This document shows, piece after piece, positions 1 to 13,973 of a stretch of DNA of 64,000 bases; position 1 is the first letter of the stretch, and each line of letters begins with the position of its first letter. The translations under genes were made by a program, and so were the position numbers. The DNA is from Flaccisagitta enflata (Eukaryota), in the NCBI GenBank assembly GCA_965153355.1, contig OZ231126.1:37324001-37388000 (forward strand), read 5' to 3'. The notes under the pieces are model-generated. The model was not told where the DNA came from and searched no databases. It was given only the letters and a program-made list of their open reading frames with translations.

Positions 1-1905
1 AACGGATGGCAGGTTATTTTCTCAAATTTGACCGGAGAAAGAGTCGAAAAAGCCCTAGACTCTTCACAAATGGTCAGAAGGGATGTAAGGACACTTGCGT
101 CGGCTGAGACACCGGATTCCTACACCACAACTATCAAGGAATTTTGGAGAGAAGCCTTTGACATCTTAATCATAGCGCCGTCCGTTGGTTACACTATCAT
201 CCGGCTTGAAGATGAAGAACCTATGGAAGTCAACGATGGAGCAATGCACGATCAGGCTGACATGCTCGCTGAACTCGGTGATATCGATGTCTCTGAGATA
301 GCCCAGGAAACATTCTGGATGAGCAATTCGAGCGATGATGCGGAAAAACGAGTGGACGAGTTTCTCAATTCACGTGCATCTGCCAAAAAGATCAACCATA
401 TTCAAGCCATTTCCAAACTGATTCTACTCAATCGCCTGGAGGAGGACATTGTCTTGCTCCATAACAAATTTGAAGAACAGATTTGGGGAAACGCCGCCAT
501 GTTTACAGAGGAGCAATACACTGTCATCTCACGAGCCCAGCAGGCATTTCGAGAAGGAAAACCAACTCACATGCTCGTTAAGGGGCCACCGGGCGCCGGG
601 AAAACTCTCGTATTGATGAAGCACGCTCGTGACTTTGTGAGCATTGTCAGAGATGAAAGGAAAAAGGTCTTCATATCCATTGAACCAAAATATACAATGT
701 TGATCAACCATCTCAAGAGTGTCGTAGTGAAGGATGAACAGATGCGTGGGAGGGTGATTCTCGCAGATGCCGAGAGCATTGAAAAGTACAAAGGAGATAA
801 ATCGAATATCGCCTTGATCCTCGTCGACGAAGCCGATTTAATAAGGATCACACAGTTCTACAAAACCATTTTGCCGCATCAGAGCGCGATTGTGTTCTCT
901 TCAAACTTGTTATTCTCATTGGAAGACCTTTCTCAGTCAATGCACGATGAAGTCAGGGATGAATTCAGGTGGCAGGAGTTTGCGCTTTCTGTTTCGTTAC
1001 GCGCGACGAAAAAAGTTTCTGAATTTGTCGCTGGATTTCAAAAAGTCAGTGACAGTGGCAGGTTTCAATTGGAAGTCCTATCGGGAGTCGCTGTCGACGG
1101 CACAGACGTAGAGAGGATTCAAGTCACGGAGCCCTGGGGTAAGGATCAAAAGTTCTTGACAGAGACCGTGGAACAACTGAAGAAACTAAACCGCAAGTTT
1201 GTTCCCTCTGAACAACCCACTGAAAAACCATCGCCAGATACCGCGGAAGTGGTTTTGATTTTGGTGCGTGGGCATCACATCTTCAAGGAAGCGATTAAAG
1301 CAAAATTAAAGGAAGAAGGAGTTGGAGAAAAGTTCGCTTTTGCGGAGGACGCAGAAGTTTCAGACAGCATCCTTGGCTGTCAGTGGCCAGCAGTCGCCAT
1401 CGTCGTTGATGGCAGTTCCTATGTGATAAATCGTAGGTGGAAATCATTACTCAACGTCTTGACTCGCGCTACGTCCCACGTCATCCTCATTTACCACAAA
1501 TCTGACAAGACAATGCCGGTTACTCCCCAAATCAACTCCTTCAGGCTAGTTAGAACCAACAAGAAAGACTTGGAGGCACATCTAAAGAGCCTCGCAAAGA
1601 AGTCTTCGCCACGAATTCTAATCGACGACAGAGCCGGAGAGGTAAAACCAGAAACCAGACAGGAATTGAAGTCAACTTGCGACTTTACCAAGTTCGATCA
1701 AAACGTAAATGAGGAACTCGAAAATGTTTCGCTAGTGGTGAAAATAGTGGATTTTATGAGTAGCGGTGGCCTGTCGACGGCGCTCGTTGCCAAAGTTCCT
1801 GTGGTCGAATTCATCGTCGGAACCGGATTCGGAGCACCCGGAGTCCAAGATTTTTACAATCTTCTAGATTCGTGCAGTGCAACGAAGACAAAATTTGATG
1901 AGTAA
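1..1905 (+). CDS. Schlafen/DUF2075-like superfamily-1 helicase with N-terminal degenerate NERD-like (PD-(D/E)xK fold) segment; 5' end outside window
   Basis: Frame is open from base 1 (NGWQVIFSNL...) to TAA at 1905. Motifs in order: Q-motif FTEEQ, Walker A GPPGAGKT (583-606), Walker B ILVDEAD, motif IV SLRATKKV, motif V-like SILGCQWPAVAIV, motif VI VLTRATSHVILI. N-terminal FDILIIAPSVGYTIIRLE resembles the NERD core. No introns within the window. Confidence 0.8.
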   Translation, partial: NGWQVIFSNLTGERVEKALDSSQMVRRDVRTLASAETPDSYTTTIKEFWREAFDILIIAPSVGYTIIRLEDEEPMEVNDGAMHDQADMLAELGDIDVSEIAQETFWMSNSSDDAEKRVDEFLNSRASAKKINHIQAISKLILLNRLEEDIVLLHNKFEEQIWGNAAMFTEEQYTVISRAQQAFREGKPTHMLVKGPPGAGKTLVLMKHARDFVSIVRDERKKVFISIEPKYTMLINHLKSVVVKDEQMRGRVILADAESIEKYKGDKSNIALILVDEADLIRITQFYKTILPHQSAIVFSSNLLFSLEDLSQSMHDEVRDEFRWQEFALSVSLRATKKVSEFVAGFQKVSDSGRFQLEVLSGVAVDGTDVERIQVTEPWGKDQKFLTETVEQLKKLNRKFVPSEQPTEKPSPDTAEVVLILVRGHHIFKEAIKAKLKEEGVGEKFAFAEDAEVSDSILGCQWPAVAIVVDGSSYVINRRWKSLLNVLTRATSHVILIYHKSDKTMPVTPQINSFRLVRTNKKDLEAHLKSLAKKSSPRILIDDRAGEVKPETRQELKSTCDFTKFDQNVNEELENVSLVVKIVDFMSSGGLSTALVAKVPVVEFIVGTGFGAPGVQDFYNLLDSCSATKTKFDE

Positions 1906-2989
1906 ACATAATCTTTGAACAATTTCTAATATAGTCAACTGATGATATTTCTGAACTATGAATAAGTTTATTCATTCTTATTGATGATATTTTTTCACTC
2001 GAATGTACGAAAAATGAAGATAAATATTGCAAAAATGGTGGATTTATGTAAAACAAGGCCAACCCCTTACACTCGACCATAAAACCAAAATACCAAAAGA
2101 CTACTTAAAATGACTTAAAATGACGTAAAATGGCGAAAAAAAGCTAAGCATGACGGACGGAGGGACCGACCGACCGACGGACGGACCGACAGACGGACAG
2201 AGCGGGTCATAGAGTCGCGTGCAATCTGAGTTGTCTTGGGTGAAATTCTAAGCCGGTCTCTATTACGACAATTTTGCGTTTCAAAAAACATAGCTTTGTT
2301 CTAACAAGGCCGGATACACGGCTACCGAAGTCGCGTGCGGGTGGGCAGGGCCCATATTTGAGGTCACCAGACCATTTAGCAGGAGCAGTGAGGTCAAAGA
2401 AATAAAATCAAAAAAAGTAAAGTGTGACGGACGACCGACGGACAAAGCCATGTTCTTAGAAATGCAAAAATTTGCCTCTGGAAACAGTCTTAGAATTTCA
2501 CCCAACCACTTTACAAATTCTTGCGACTTTATTTCCAAAGAATTCTTGCAAATCAGTGATTGTCTCTGTATCTCATCAATGCAATATCTAATTGCTCAGT
2601 TTGTTTTTATTTTTAAGCATTGTAAAATTAGTAAGGCTAAATAAACAAACTATACTGAGATTTGTTAAAATAAAAAAGTAGAGTAGGTTTTGAATATGTA
2701 TGGTCGCCTAATTTTGCCTTCGTTTGCACTGAGAGAGTAGCCGTTTATGTCACAGTGCAAACGAATACAAAATTTGACATGTCAAAACGATTTAAACGAT
2801 ATTTTCTATTTTACATATTCAACGATTTTTTATTGAGATAAAGGATTTGTGGTTGGTAATCATCAATTTTTAGATGCGTCCTCGCATCTCTATAAGAGGG
2901 TCTGTCCCTTTGTAGGTCTGTCTGTCTGTCTGTCTGTCTGAATGTCTGAGTGTCACACGAACATTTCAAAAACGCGATTTTCAAGGTTT

Positions 2990-3528
2990 TCTCTTCATTT
3001 CTCTTCATGTCTCATGTCTCTTATATTTCTTTGTCTCTTTCATCTCTTTTCATCTCTTCATCTCTTTTGTCTCTTTTGTCTCTTTTTGTCTCTATGTCTC
3101 ATATGTCTCCTATATGTCTCATATGTCTCCCATATGTCTCTTTTTTATATCTCTTATTTTCTTATGTATCCATAGGGTCCATATGTCTCCTATGTCTCTA
3201 TGTCTCTTATGTCTCTTATGTCTCTTTTTGTCTCTTTTGTGTCCTACATGTCTCCTATATGTTCCCATGTTCTCTTCTATGTTCCCTATATGTCTCATAT
3301 TCTCTTATGTCTCTTATATCTCTTATATCTTCATATTCTTATGTCTCTTATATCTCTTATATCTCTTATATCTCTTATGTCTCTTATGTCTCTTATATCT
3401 CTTATATCTCTTATATCTCTTAGGTCTCTTATGTCTCTCATGTCTCATCATGTCTCTATGTGTCTCTTATGTTTCCACATGTTTCCTCATGTCTCTTCAT
3501 GTCTCTCATATCTCTCCATGTCTCTTGT
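2990..3528 (+). repeat. 9-bp minisatellite (atgtctctt/atatctctt)
   Basis: Visible tandem array. Confidence 0.9.
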
Positions 3529-3535
3529 GAGATGA

Positions 3536-3752
3536 GTGGGGTGTGGGGAGCATGGGGAGGGGAGGCGGGGGAGGTTGGAGGCGGGTGGGTGGGGAGGTGG
3601 GGGAGGGGTGGGGAGGCGGGGGGAGGGTGGGAGGCGGGGGAAGGGTGGGAGGCGGGGGGAGGGGTGGGGAGGCGGGGGGAGGGGTGGGGAGGTGTGGGGG
3701 AGGGGTGGGGAGGGGTGGAGAGGCGGGGAGGGGTGGGAGAGGCGGGGGAGAG
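3536..3752 (+). repeat. G-rich low-complexity repeat (ggggtgggaggcggggg)
   Basis: Dense G-runs. Confidence 0.9.
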
Positions 3753-3808
3753 AGGAATCAGTTTATATTTTTCTATTTATCTCTGAATCTTTATATTCAT
3801 TATATCTT

Positions 3809-4780
3809 GATAACCATGGCGACAATAAAAATGGCCGCCATGTTCAATTTGCCTCTGTGAGTTCAATTTTTGGACTAGCTGCATAATTTTTGAGATGGTG
3901 ATAATATTCTAAATTTCTGATTTAGCAAAAAAATCAGAATTCAAAAAAGTTGATTTTTGTGTCTGCAACATTAATTTTTGTGAACAGTATCCTAATACAA
4001 ATGGATCAATACCTTTTTACAATGATTCTTTCAGAACTTTAAGAAATGACTTTTTTTTCATCATTGCTTATGAATTTTTCAAAGATGAAGAAAGTATTGA
4101 TGATATTTGACTCAGCAAAAAACTCAGAACTCAAAAAAGTTAATTTTTGTAGCCATTGTAGTGATTTTAAAACAAAGAGGTAAAATCAGTTTTTGATTGA
4201 ATTTTTTTATTAACTTCAATTTTTTACAGTGAGCTCATTTTTTCAACTAGTCTCATGATTTTTAAGGTGAAGATAGTTCATCAAATTTCCAACTGAACAA
4301 AAAAGTCAGAACCTAAAAATGTTGAATTTTGCACTACTTTTTGTTGATTTTACTGAAAATGTGCAAAATTGTCTCTTAAACACCTGCTTGTCCCACACTC
4401 TTTTAACAAAACATTTTTTGAAATAGGGGTAATTTTTTTCAAGTGTGTGAGAGTTTTACAACTTATTGACCTGCTGCAAAAATCAGAGCTCAAAAAAGTG
4501 TATTTTTGTGCCTGTGGCATGAGTTTTTGTAAAACATTACAAAAACCAAAGAATGCAAAAAAAGTGATTTGGCAGGTCCATATTTGGATGCCTATCACAT
4601 AAATTGATTCCACGAGTACATTTGTAAACTCTTTTGAGTTCTGATTTTTTTTCTGATTTTTTCTCTGAGCTAGAAATTTGAAGTTCTATTACCACCTAGA
4701 AAATTATGAAGCTAGTTAAAAAATTGAACTCAGGGAAGGGGTTTGAATAGGCGGCCATTTTTATTGTCGCCATGGTTATC
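3809..4780. mobile_element. MITE with 31-bp perfect TIRs and internal subrepeats
   Basis: gataaccatggcgacaataaaaatggccgcc at 3809-3839, reverse complement at 4750-4780. ttatatctt occurs on both flanks (1-nt offset). Internal repeats aaaaa.tcagaa.tcaaaaaagt. Confidence 0.85.
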
Positions 4781-4957
4781 TTTATATCTTAATAATTTGT
4801 ATGATAATATCTTACGTCTAAAGAGGACGCATCTATTGGACATCTCTTGGCCTTGTTTGTATAGGAAAACGTTTTTCTGTACCATATGCTTAGGAAATGT
4901 GAGAAAAAAGGATGCAAAATTGACGGATTTTTAACAAAAATTGATTCTTGTGCATTG

Positions 4958-5118
4958 ACATGTCTCGCGTAAAAAAAACGAATCTGTCTCTGAATTCAAA
5001 ATTTTGCATTTTGAAAAACATGGCATCAGTCTAAACACTTTTAAGAAACATAATATGTGTTTAGAATGCAAAATTTTGCATTCAGAGACAGATTTGGTTT
5101 TTTTTCACGTGGCAACAT
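4958..5118. repeat. Small hairpin/MITE-like inverted repeat
   Basis: aatctgtctctgaattcaaaattttgcatt vs aatgcaaaattttgcattcagagacagatt. Confidence 0.6.
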
Positions 5119-7187
5119 CTTATGTTTTCCGTGCAATTCTTTTTAAAGAATTCTGTTGTTTCACTAAGTATGCTGCGACTTTACCGATGCGAGATCAATA
5201 CCATTGGTCAGTTAACCGTTCTTTAATTAATTTAGGGAGTATTAAGCATGCATAAGACTTTAGTTTTTGTTATATTTCCGCTGCATAGCAGCGTATTCCA
5301 CCACAGAACAGAACAATTTGTCAAATTTGACGCTGTTCTGCACCATGACTTATACAGTAATCACATTGGCGATGCACTTATGATGATGGCATTCAGTGTA
5401 ATACAAGCTTTCACTTCTATTATGAATACATTCTATTATGAAGATATTCTATTATGAAGATATTCGAGAAAACTGAAGCGTTTTGTATCGGTAGCTGTCT
5501 GTCATAACTCATAAGCCTAGCAAATTCCCATTAGTTACCCTTATGCCAGGGATTCGTATTGAGAGTAATTGGCCGCAATTTTAGGTAATGCAAATATTTG
5601 TCAGTGAAGCACATCTGTATTTTGATTTGTATTTTTTACACAATGAAGCTATGTAGTTGCTAACACAATTCTTTAACGAACCGCAACGTTGAAGGCGCTT
5701 TTAGCCCATTCATATTTTTCTGGCTGAAAAAGTAGAATACGGACCTATGAAAATCTTTGCTCTAACACCTTGCCTTGCACCGTGTTTTTCACACGTTTAC
5801 GCTTTGTCATGCGACTTTCACCTCCACACCTAGTTTTACACCTAATAAATACATTGATCAAACACTTGTTCTTGTCTCCCCAGAGTATTTGGACAATGGG
5901 CATGTACATAAGCTGAGAATTTGTATAGAAATATTGTTGAGATAACTAATACAGTATCAAATCTACATTCTTTGTCTAGCTAGATTCCTAATTTGCATAA
6001 TATAAGAAAATAACAAATACTAAAATGCAAAAAAATGGGAGAAGGAAGCGATGTTCTTGGAATTGCAAGAAAAAAAATCTGAAGTAATTGGGCCTGCGAC
6101 GGAATGAGGTTTAAGACCACTAATTCCATAACATTGCAAACCCTATAAAATAGCTACAACTATGAGATCACTTAGCTTATGGTATTCTTCATTCTTTTAG
6201 GTCTAGAGTCTCCACACCAAGTTTCAACCAAATCCATTAGGAAATAACGAAGTTATGCGCCTTTTTCCCATTTAGGTAGCAGGCCCGTTGGGCAGTAAGC
6301 TGGTTTGACCAGTTAGCACGATGAAATCATTATGAATCACACACAAATGTTCTTCCATTCAGAGACTCCATACCAAATTTCAACCAAATCAAAAACGCCA
6401 AAGTTATGCATAATTTTACTTTTAGGTCAATAGGCCAGTTGGGTGGTAAACAGTTTGGCCAGTTAGTGTGCTCAAATGTATATGACGAGTGCAACAATAA
6501 ATCAGGTACATGTGTGGAGTCTTTCCATTTCGAGTCTCCATACCAAGTTTCAAGCAAATTGGTTGAAATATGGCAAAGTTATGTACGTTTTTAGGCAGCG
6601 GCCCCGAAGGGGCTGAAGTCCTGTAGAACACAGGGGTACTCGTCCGTCCGTTTGTCCCCCCCTCATCAGGCGCCTCAGGCCACAAATCTGGCCTATGAGA
6701 CCTCAAATCTGGCCTCTCAGGCCTCAAATCCAGCCTCTCAGGCCTCAAATCCAGCCTCTCAGGCCTCAAATCCGGCCTTCAGGCCTCAAACCTGGGCCTC
6801 AGGCCTCAATTAGGCCTCTCAGGCAGGCCTGAGCAATGGCCAGTATTGGTATTGGGTTTACAATATTCCTTGTGTATTGGGTTTTCCCAATACATGTAAT
6901 TTATTTTGTTATTTTTCCAATACAATACAATATTATATAATATCACAAAAAAACTGATCTGAGGAAAGTGAAATATATGAGAGAAAGACTGAAGGAGATA
7001 AGGAGGAAGAGGAAAAGCATTCCTAGATTTGAGGGAGAACAAAGGAAGTGGAGAAAGTGAGGGATAAGTGTAAAAGAAAAGAAAAAAATATCAAAAATAA
7101 GGAAAAAATAACAAAAAAATGAAATATAACTTTTATCAAAATGAAAAAATCTTGAAAGAGTATGGGTCCGTGACTGGGGTCAATCAG

Positions 7188-8292
7188 CATTGTCAAACGG
7201 TGTTAATAAACGGCCGTTGTTAAACGGCGTTGCGCCACGCTGTCAAACGGCGTTGTCAAACGACGTTGCTGGAACGGCAAGCGATAAATTCGACGTTGTC
7301 AAACAGCATTGTTGTTCCGGTATTGTTAACGGCGTTGTCAAATGGCGTTGCCATACGGCGATATTACACGGCGTTATAATACGGCGTTGTAATACGGCGT
7401 TGTAATATGATATTAATACGGCGTTAGTAACGGCGTTGTTAAACGGCGTTGTCAAACGACGTTGTCAAACGATGCCGCTGCAAACACGCTGCCAAATGGT
7501 AACTGTATGGCGTTGCCACGGCGCTGTCATCTGGCGTTGTCATTCTGGCGTTGTAATACGATGTTGTAATACAGCGTTGTAATACGGCGTTATAAAACGG
7601 CGTTGTAATACGGGTTGTACGCTGTAATACGCGTTGTAATACGGCGTTGTAATACGGCGTTGTTATATGGCGTTGTTATACGGCGTTGTAACATGGCATT
7701 GTAAAACGGCGTTGTAATAGGGCATTGTAATACGGTGTTGTAATACGTTATTGTAAAATGGCGTTGTAATATGGCGTTGTAATACCGCGTTATAATACGG
7801 CGTTGTAATACGGCGTTGTAACATGGCGCTGTCTAACGGCGTTGTCAAACGGCGTTGTCGTTCGGCGGACTGTAAGACACCGTTGGAAAAAATTTAAAAA
7901 GAGTATGCCAAACGGCGTTGTCAAACGACGTTGTCAAACGACGCTGTCAAATGACAGCGTCAAACGGCGACAACGGCAAGTTGTCAAACGGTGTTGTCAA
8001 ACGGCGTTGCCAAACGGCGATTGTCAACGACATTGTCAAATGACACGTCGTTATTATTGGTTAAACGACGTTGTCAAAATGACGTTGACAAACGACATTG
8101 TCAAACGACATTGTCCAACGATATTGTCAAATGACATTGTCAAACGACATTGTCAAATGGCATCGTGAAACGTCATTGTCAAACGGCATCATGAATGGCA
8201 TCGTCAAACGGCATTGTCAAACGACATTGTCAAACGGCATTGGCAACAGCATTGTCAATTGGCATTGTCAAATGGCATCGTCAGACAGCATA
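7188..8292 (+). repeat. 13-bp CpG-containing minisatellite (ttgtcaaacggcg / ttgtaatacggcg)
   Basis: Visible tandem array that drifts between variants. Confidence 0.9.
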
Positions 8293-8486
8293 TGTTAAGC
8301 TGTTTCACTTTAAGTCTCTATAGCAAGTTTTAATCAAATAGGTGAAAGACGGCCAAAATTCTGCAAGTTTTTTTCACTTTTTAGAGGGTAGGGTGGTTGA
8401 GCAATAAACTGGTTTGGCCGGTTAGGATGCTAAAATTGTGTTAAATCACTTACAAACGTAGAGTTGTTTCATTTTGAGTCTACATA

Positions 8487-9048
8487 CAGTATGTTTCAAC
8501 TCGTTTGGAACATTATATGACGGCATAACTCTAGAAGTAATAGAGATAATTTTATTCTGAAAAAAGCCTTGTATAGGTAATAGTTTGGCATTTTATACTA
8601 AACAATTCTCAGGGATTTTCTACAGAAGCTGGATACTTTTCACACCCTGAGGAAGTTAGGGTCAAATTATGCAAAAAAGGTTATTTTTCTCCCTTTTTTT
8701 CAATAAATTGCATCTATAGACAATTTTCTCTCTCTATTTTCATAAACTTCATCAAAATATCTTATATCTGAAACCTATCTGGTATGAAAATCTCAATTTG
8801 TTTTAAAAATTAAAGCAAGATAAGTTAACAATTTTTTTCACTGAATGACATTATAACTTGCTTTACAAAGCGCTTTTTTTACTTTATGAGATGTTAAGGG
8901 GATTAGATTTTTCCAAAAAATCACGGGGATCAATCATCATAAAATGACAAACAATCACCTATGCAAGACTTTTTTCAGAAATAAATTATCTCTATTTCTT
9001 CTAGAGTTATGCCGTCGTATAATGTTCCAAACGAGTTAAAACACACTG
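8487..9048. mobile_element. Tc1/mariner-type MITE (TA TSD, CAGT...ACTG, ~90-bp TIR)
   Basis: TA|cagtatgtttcaactcgtttggaacattata... and ...tataatgttccaaacgagttaaaacacactg|TA. Confidence 0.85.
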
Positions 9049-9149
9049 TATATGAGAGGGTCTGTCGGTCCGTCGGTCCGTCTGTTGCGCCTGTGCAAAA
9101 ACCGCGTTACTTGGCTAATTTTGGCCACGGTGAGATCCTATACCGAAAT

Positions 9150-10050
9150 AACTGATAGGGTGGCAGGCTGGCTGGCTGGCTAGTAGGCCAGTTAGCATGC
9201 TAAAATCTTTTTAAATCAAATTCATATGCTGAGTCATTCCATTTAGGGACTACATATACTGCTTCAACTAAAATTGGCTGAAAAATGCCAGTTAGCACAT
9301 TTTTCACTTTTAGGCTGGTTAGGCTAGTTGGGTGGTAGGCTGGTTTGGTCTGCTAGCATGCTAGCATCCTTACAATTCAAATACAGATGTTGAGTCTTTC
9401 AATTTAGAGACTACTTACCAAGTTTCAACTAAAAATTGATTGTAAAAATGCCTATGTTATAATATTTTCACTTTTTAGGTTGGTAGGCTATAGGGTGGTG
9501 GTAGATTGATGGCTTAAGAATACATGCTAAATTTTATACATTTCATACATATATGTTGAGTCCTTCCATTTAGTGACTCCATACTCAAGTTTCAACTAAA
9601 TTGGTTGAAATTATTTGGTTATGCACGTTTTTAACTTTTAGGCTGTAGGCTGGTTGGGTGGTAGGCCGGCTTGGCTGGTTAACATGCAAAAATCTGTACA
9701 ATTCAAATACATATGTTGAGTCCTTCCATTTAGAGACTACATACCAAGTTTCGACCAAATCGGTTGAAAAATGCCAAAGTTATGCACGTTTTTCACTTTT
9801 AGGCTGGTAGGCTGGTTGGGCCGGTTGGGTGGGTCGGATTATAACATACGCATAGGATGTAAAGCGGCTTACCCTAGTACAACTTTCCTCCAAATATGAA
9901 GCAAATCGGTCAAGGCGTTCAAAAGTTAGCCCATTTTTAAAAGTGTGGACAACAACGACGACGACGACAATGACGACGACGACAATGACGACACCCACCC
10001 GCCTCGAATTATAGTCCGCGTCGGAATGGTATTCCGTCGTGGACAAAAAA
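9150..10050 (+). repeat. Degenerate ~180-bp tandem units ending in a hairpin plus A-run (related units at 6180-6590)
   Basis: Recurring gagactacataccaagtttcaac.aaa..ggttgaaaaatgccaaagttatgcacg; terminal imperfect hairpin gtccgcgtcggaatggtattccgtcgtggac at 10014-10044. Confidence 0.6.
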
Positions 10051-11321
10051 ATATGAAAAATTTTCAGCTCTTCCAAAATAACAAAATATTTATATGATGA
10101 TTGAAATTATAATATTTTTTTCAAATAATTAGTATATCATCTAACTATAATTAGTTTAATATATAATTACTACTTATTACTTATTATCAAAACTACATAA
10201 AATCATATATATATTATATTTTATCATATTGTATGCTATGATTATGTATTTTATAAAATTTTAACGATGTTGTATTGTATTGGTATTTTAACAATGTTGT
10301 ATTGTATTGGTATTGTATTGTATTGTCCCAATACTTGAAAGTATTGTATTGGTATTGTATAGTTGACAAAAATGCTATATAGCTCAGGCCTGCTCTCAGG
10401 CCTCAATTCCAAATTCTCAGGCCTCAAACCTGGACTCTCAGGTCTCAAATTAGGCCTCTCAGGCCTCAAATCAGCTAAGACTCAATCTATTGCTCTCAGG
10501 CTTCAAATCAGTCCTGACCTTTCAAGCCTTAATCCAGCAATCTCAAGCCTCAAGTCAGCCCTCTCAAGCTTCAGATTGGCATAATCAGGCGTTATATCAG
10601 CCTTCCTAGACCTCAGTTTAGGCTCTTGAAGGCCAAGTCAGTCCTCTGGCCCTTCAAGCCTTAATTCAGCGCTATCAAGCCTCAAGTCAGCCCTCTCAAA
10701 CTTCCAACTTCCAGGACGAACGAAAGTCCCCCTGTGTTCTACAGGACTTCGTCCCCTTCGTGGCCCTCACTCCAATTCACAATCACTCAAAGTAGGGCAA
10801 CGGGTATCGCTGACCACATATTGCCTGCCCTTGAGCGACCTGTTCACTTTTAGGCTGGTTGGGTGGTAGGCTGGTTTGACGGGACAAATAGTAGTTTCTT
10901 CTGGGGGCATTTGTGGTTCGATGATCGGAAATAGCATTTTCTATTCTGGCAAAACCCATAAGTATCTAATTAAAAAGGTTATTAGACCTAAGTCGCCTGC
11001 ATTGGCATTTTCACAAAAGGTCGGACAGACAGACAGGCAGGTATTTCAAAATGACCTTTGAATTAGCGGTCTCCGCCTCCCAGTGTATTCTCTAATGTTC
11101 AAAGTGCAAAAAACGCGAAAAAATGCCTTGAAAGTGATTTGTGGCGGACGGATGGACGAACGGACGGACGGACCGACGGACCAACCGAAAAGTTGCACGC
11201 GACTCAAAACATTGCATGTAATTCATAGGTACGTAATAATACTTAATAGAATGAACAATGGAACATTGAACAACAAACTATTTGTCAACAAATAGAGAAC
11301 TTGATCAATAGACTAACTGAC

Positions 11322-11479
11322 CTGTCTTCCGGAAAGGATTGAGGCGAGGATGTCGACGGCGGCGGCGCCGATGTCCTTGATGCTTCTGACGACCGGCTCG
11401 AGGAAGGCGGCATGCGGCAAATCCACCCAACCCGCCGTCGACGAGTGGAAAATCGACGGAGGACTCGACGCGCAAGTCA
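11322..11479 (-). CDS. Next exon of sacsin-like protein (VTCASSPPSIFHSSTAGWVDLPHAAFLEPVVRSIKDIGAAAVDILASILSGRQ)
   Basis: Acceptor tgtccAG and donor GTCAGT. Length 158 nt, phase 1 to 0, so it joins the 12218-12398 exon in frame. The peptide parallels sacsin WV....FL.......DVG.AA..I. Confidence 0.75.
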
Positions 11480-11738
11480 CTGGACAGACAACAATTCATG
11501 ATGCACGGACAACAAGTCACGAATGTTGGCGGAAATTTTTCTTGCTTAGAGTGGCTTTTCTATTTGCGATTTGAATTCTTTCGTCTTACTTGTTATGATC
11601 AATTTGATTTTCTTACTTGGTTTATTCACGTTCTTTCTTTCGTTTATATGTGTGTAAATTCTACTTTTTCTGCAGGGCAGAGAGACAGACAGACGGACAA
11701 GCACACAGAAAGATTGGCGCTCAGAAAGATAGGTACTA

Positions 11739-12615
<877 letters not shown>

Positions 12616-13920
12616 GTTAAAAAGTGACAAAAAAGAAAGAAAGGGAGGAGGGGTGAGGGGCGGAAAGGTAGTGGAGTGGGTACAAAAGGTTTGAAAGTCG
12701 GAAAGTTGTTTTCAAATTGAAAAGACCCACTTCATTCAATATTTCCGTATGTTAGCATGGCTTCTTTTTGAGTGGCTGGGCGTGGGTGTGTGGGTGCTAC
12801 CCATTTGGTGGGTACTTGTGTGGGCGTTGAAAAAAAACTAGTCATCCAAGGATCACACATGGTCAGCGGTACCCGATGCCCTGCTAGGAGTGATCAAGTA
12901 AATGGTAAGGTGAGAGCAGGGCAGCAGCTAAGGGCCGATGTCTATGTAAGTTCTGAAGGTAATTTCAGGAGCGATCCTCAAGGGCGGATTGAAGTTGATT
13001 AGCAGAATCAAGTCCAAGAAATGCAGATTTAAGAAGCAGGAGCTGGCTTAGAGGCCTGGAAGGGGACAAATTTGAAGCCTGAGTTGGTAAAGATAAGAGG
13101 GGCAGATTGCAGGTTTGAGACCCATATGAGGTCTGGAAGGCAGATTTGAGCTCTAGGGCTCAGATTAAAGATCACCAGAAAGGGCTATTTTGGGGAAGCT
13201 CAGAGGCCATCAGGCCTGGGACTCTGGGAGGGCGGAAGGGCGGAATGGATGGATGGTGATATCGAAATTCACACCTATGCTGGGCCACTGCCCAAAAACA
13301 GAACAGCAGGGAGTGTGGCTGGAGGGGCACGTGCATGGCAACAGACAGAATAAAACAGTCAAAATGATCGGATGAGCAGACCAGACCGGACTGACAGACA
13401 AAGAAGATTGACAAAGTGACGGATATCCTCAAAAAACAGGCTAAGGGACTGTCAAACGAATAAAGATAAAAAAAACAAAAGCTTTATAGAAAAGTGAGTA
13501 ACAAAAGCGGCTGCGCGGGGACGCTGAATCTCATATCGTTGATATCAAAAGTCTGTGTGCACTTGTTTTGAAAGTATTGTCGAGTTATCGCCGATCAAAA
13601 GAAAAGGAAAAGCAAACCCGTTCAGGCAACAGTCACGCTGCAATCGGACCTGGTTGTGTCTGCGTCTGTCGATAGGATCTCACCGTGTGAAATCAGTCAA
13701 GAAACGCGGTTTTCTATGCACTGGCGTTACAGACAGACGACAGACGGACCGACGGACGGACAGACCCTCTTATAGAGATGCGTTCCTGACGGACGCATCT
13801 AAAAACGAGAAATCAACTACTAAAAAAATGGCAGACGAGAACAAGAACCCAAGTGGACCAAGTTGATGGCAATTATCAATAATTAGAACGAAATAAAGAA
13901 AGAGAGAGAAAATGATTGGA

Positions 13921-13973
<53 letters not shown>

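Noticed and set aside
2450-2600. Minus-strand coding-like fragment (SLEIKSQEFVKWLGEILRLFPE) as a further sacsin exon
   Set aside because: Truncated by a repeat, no clear splice sites, no match to the expected sacsin continuation.
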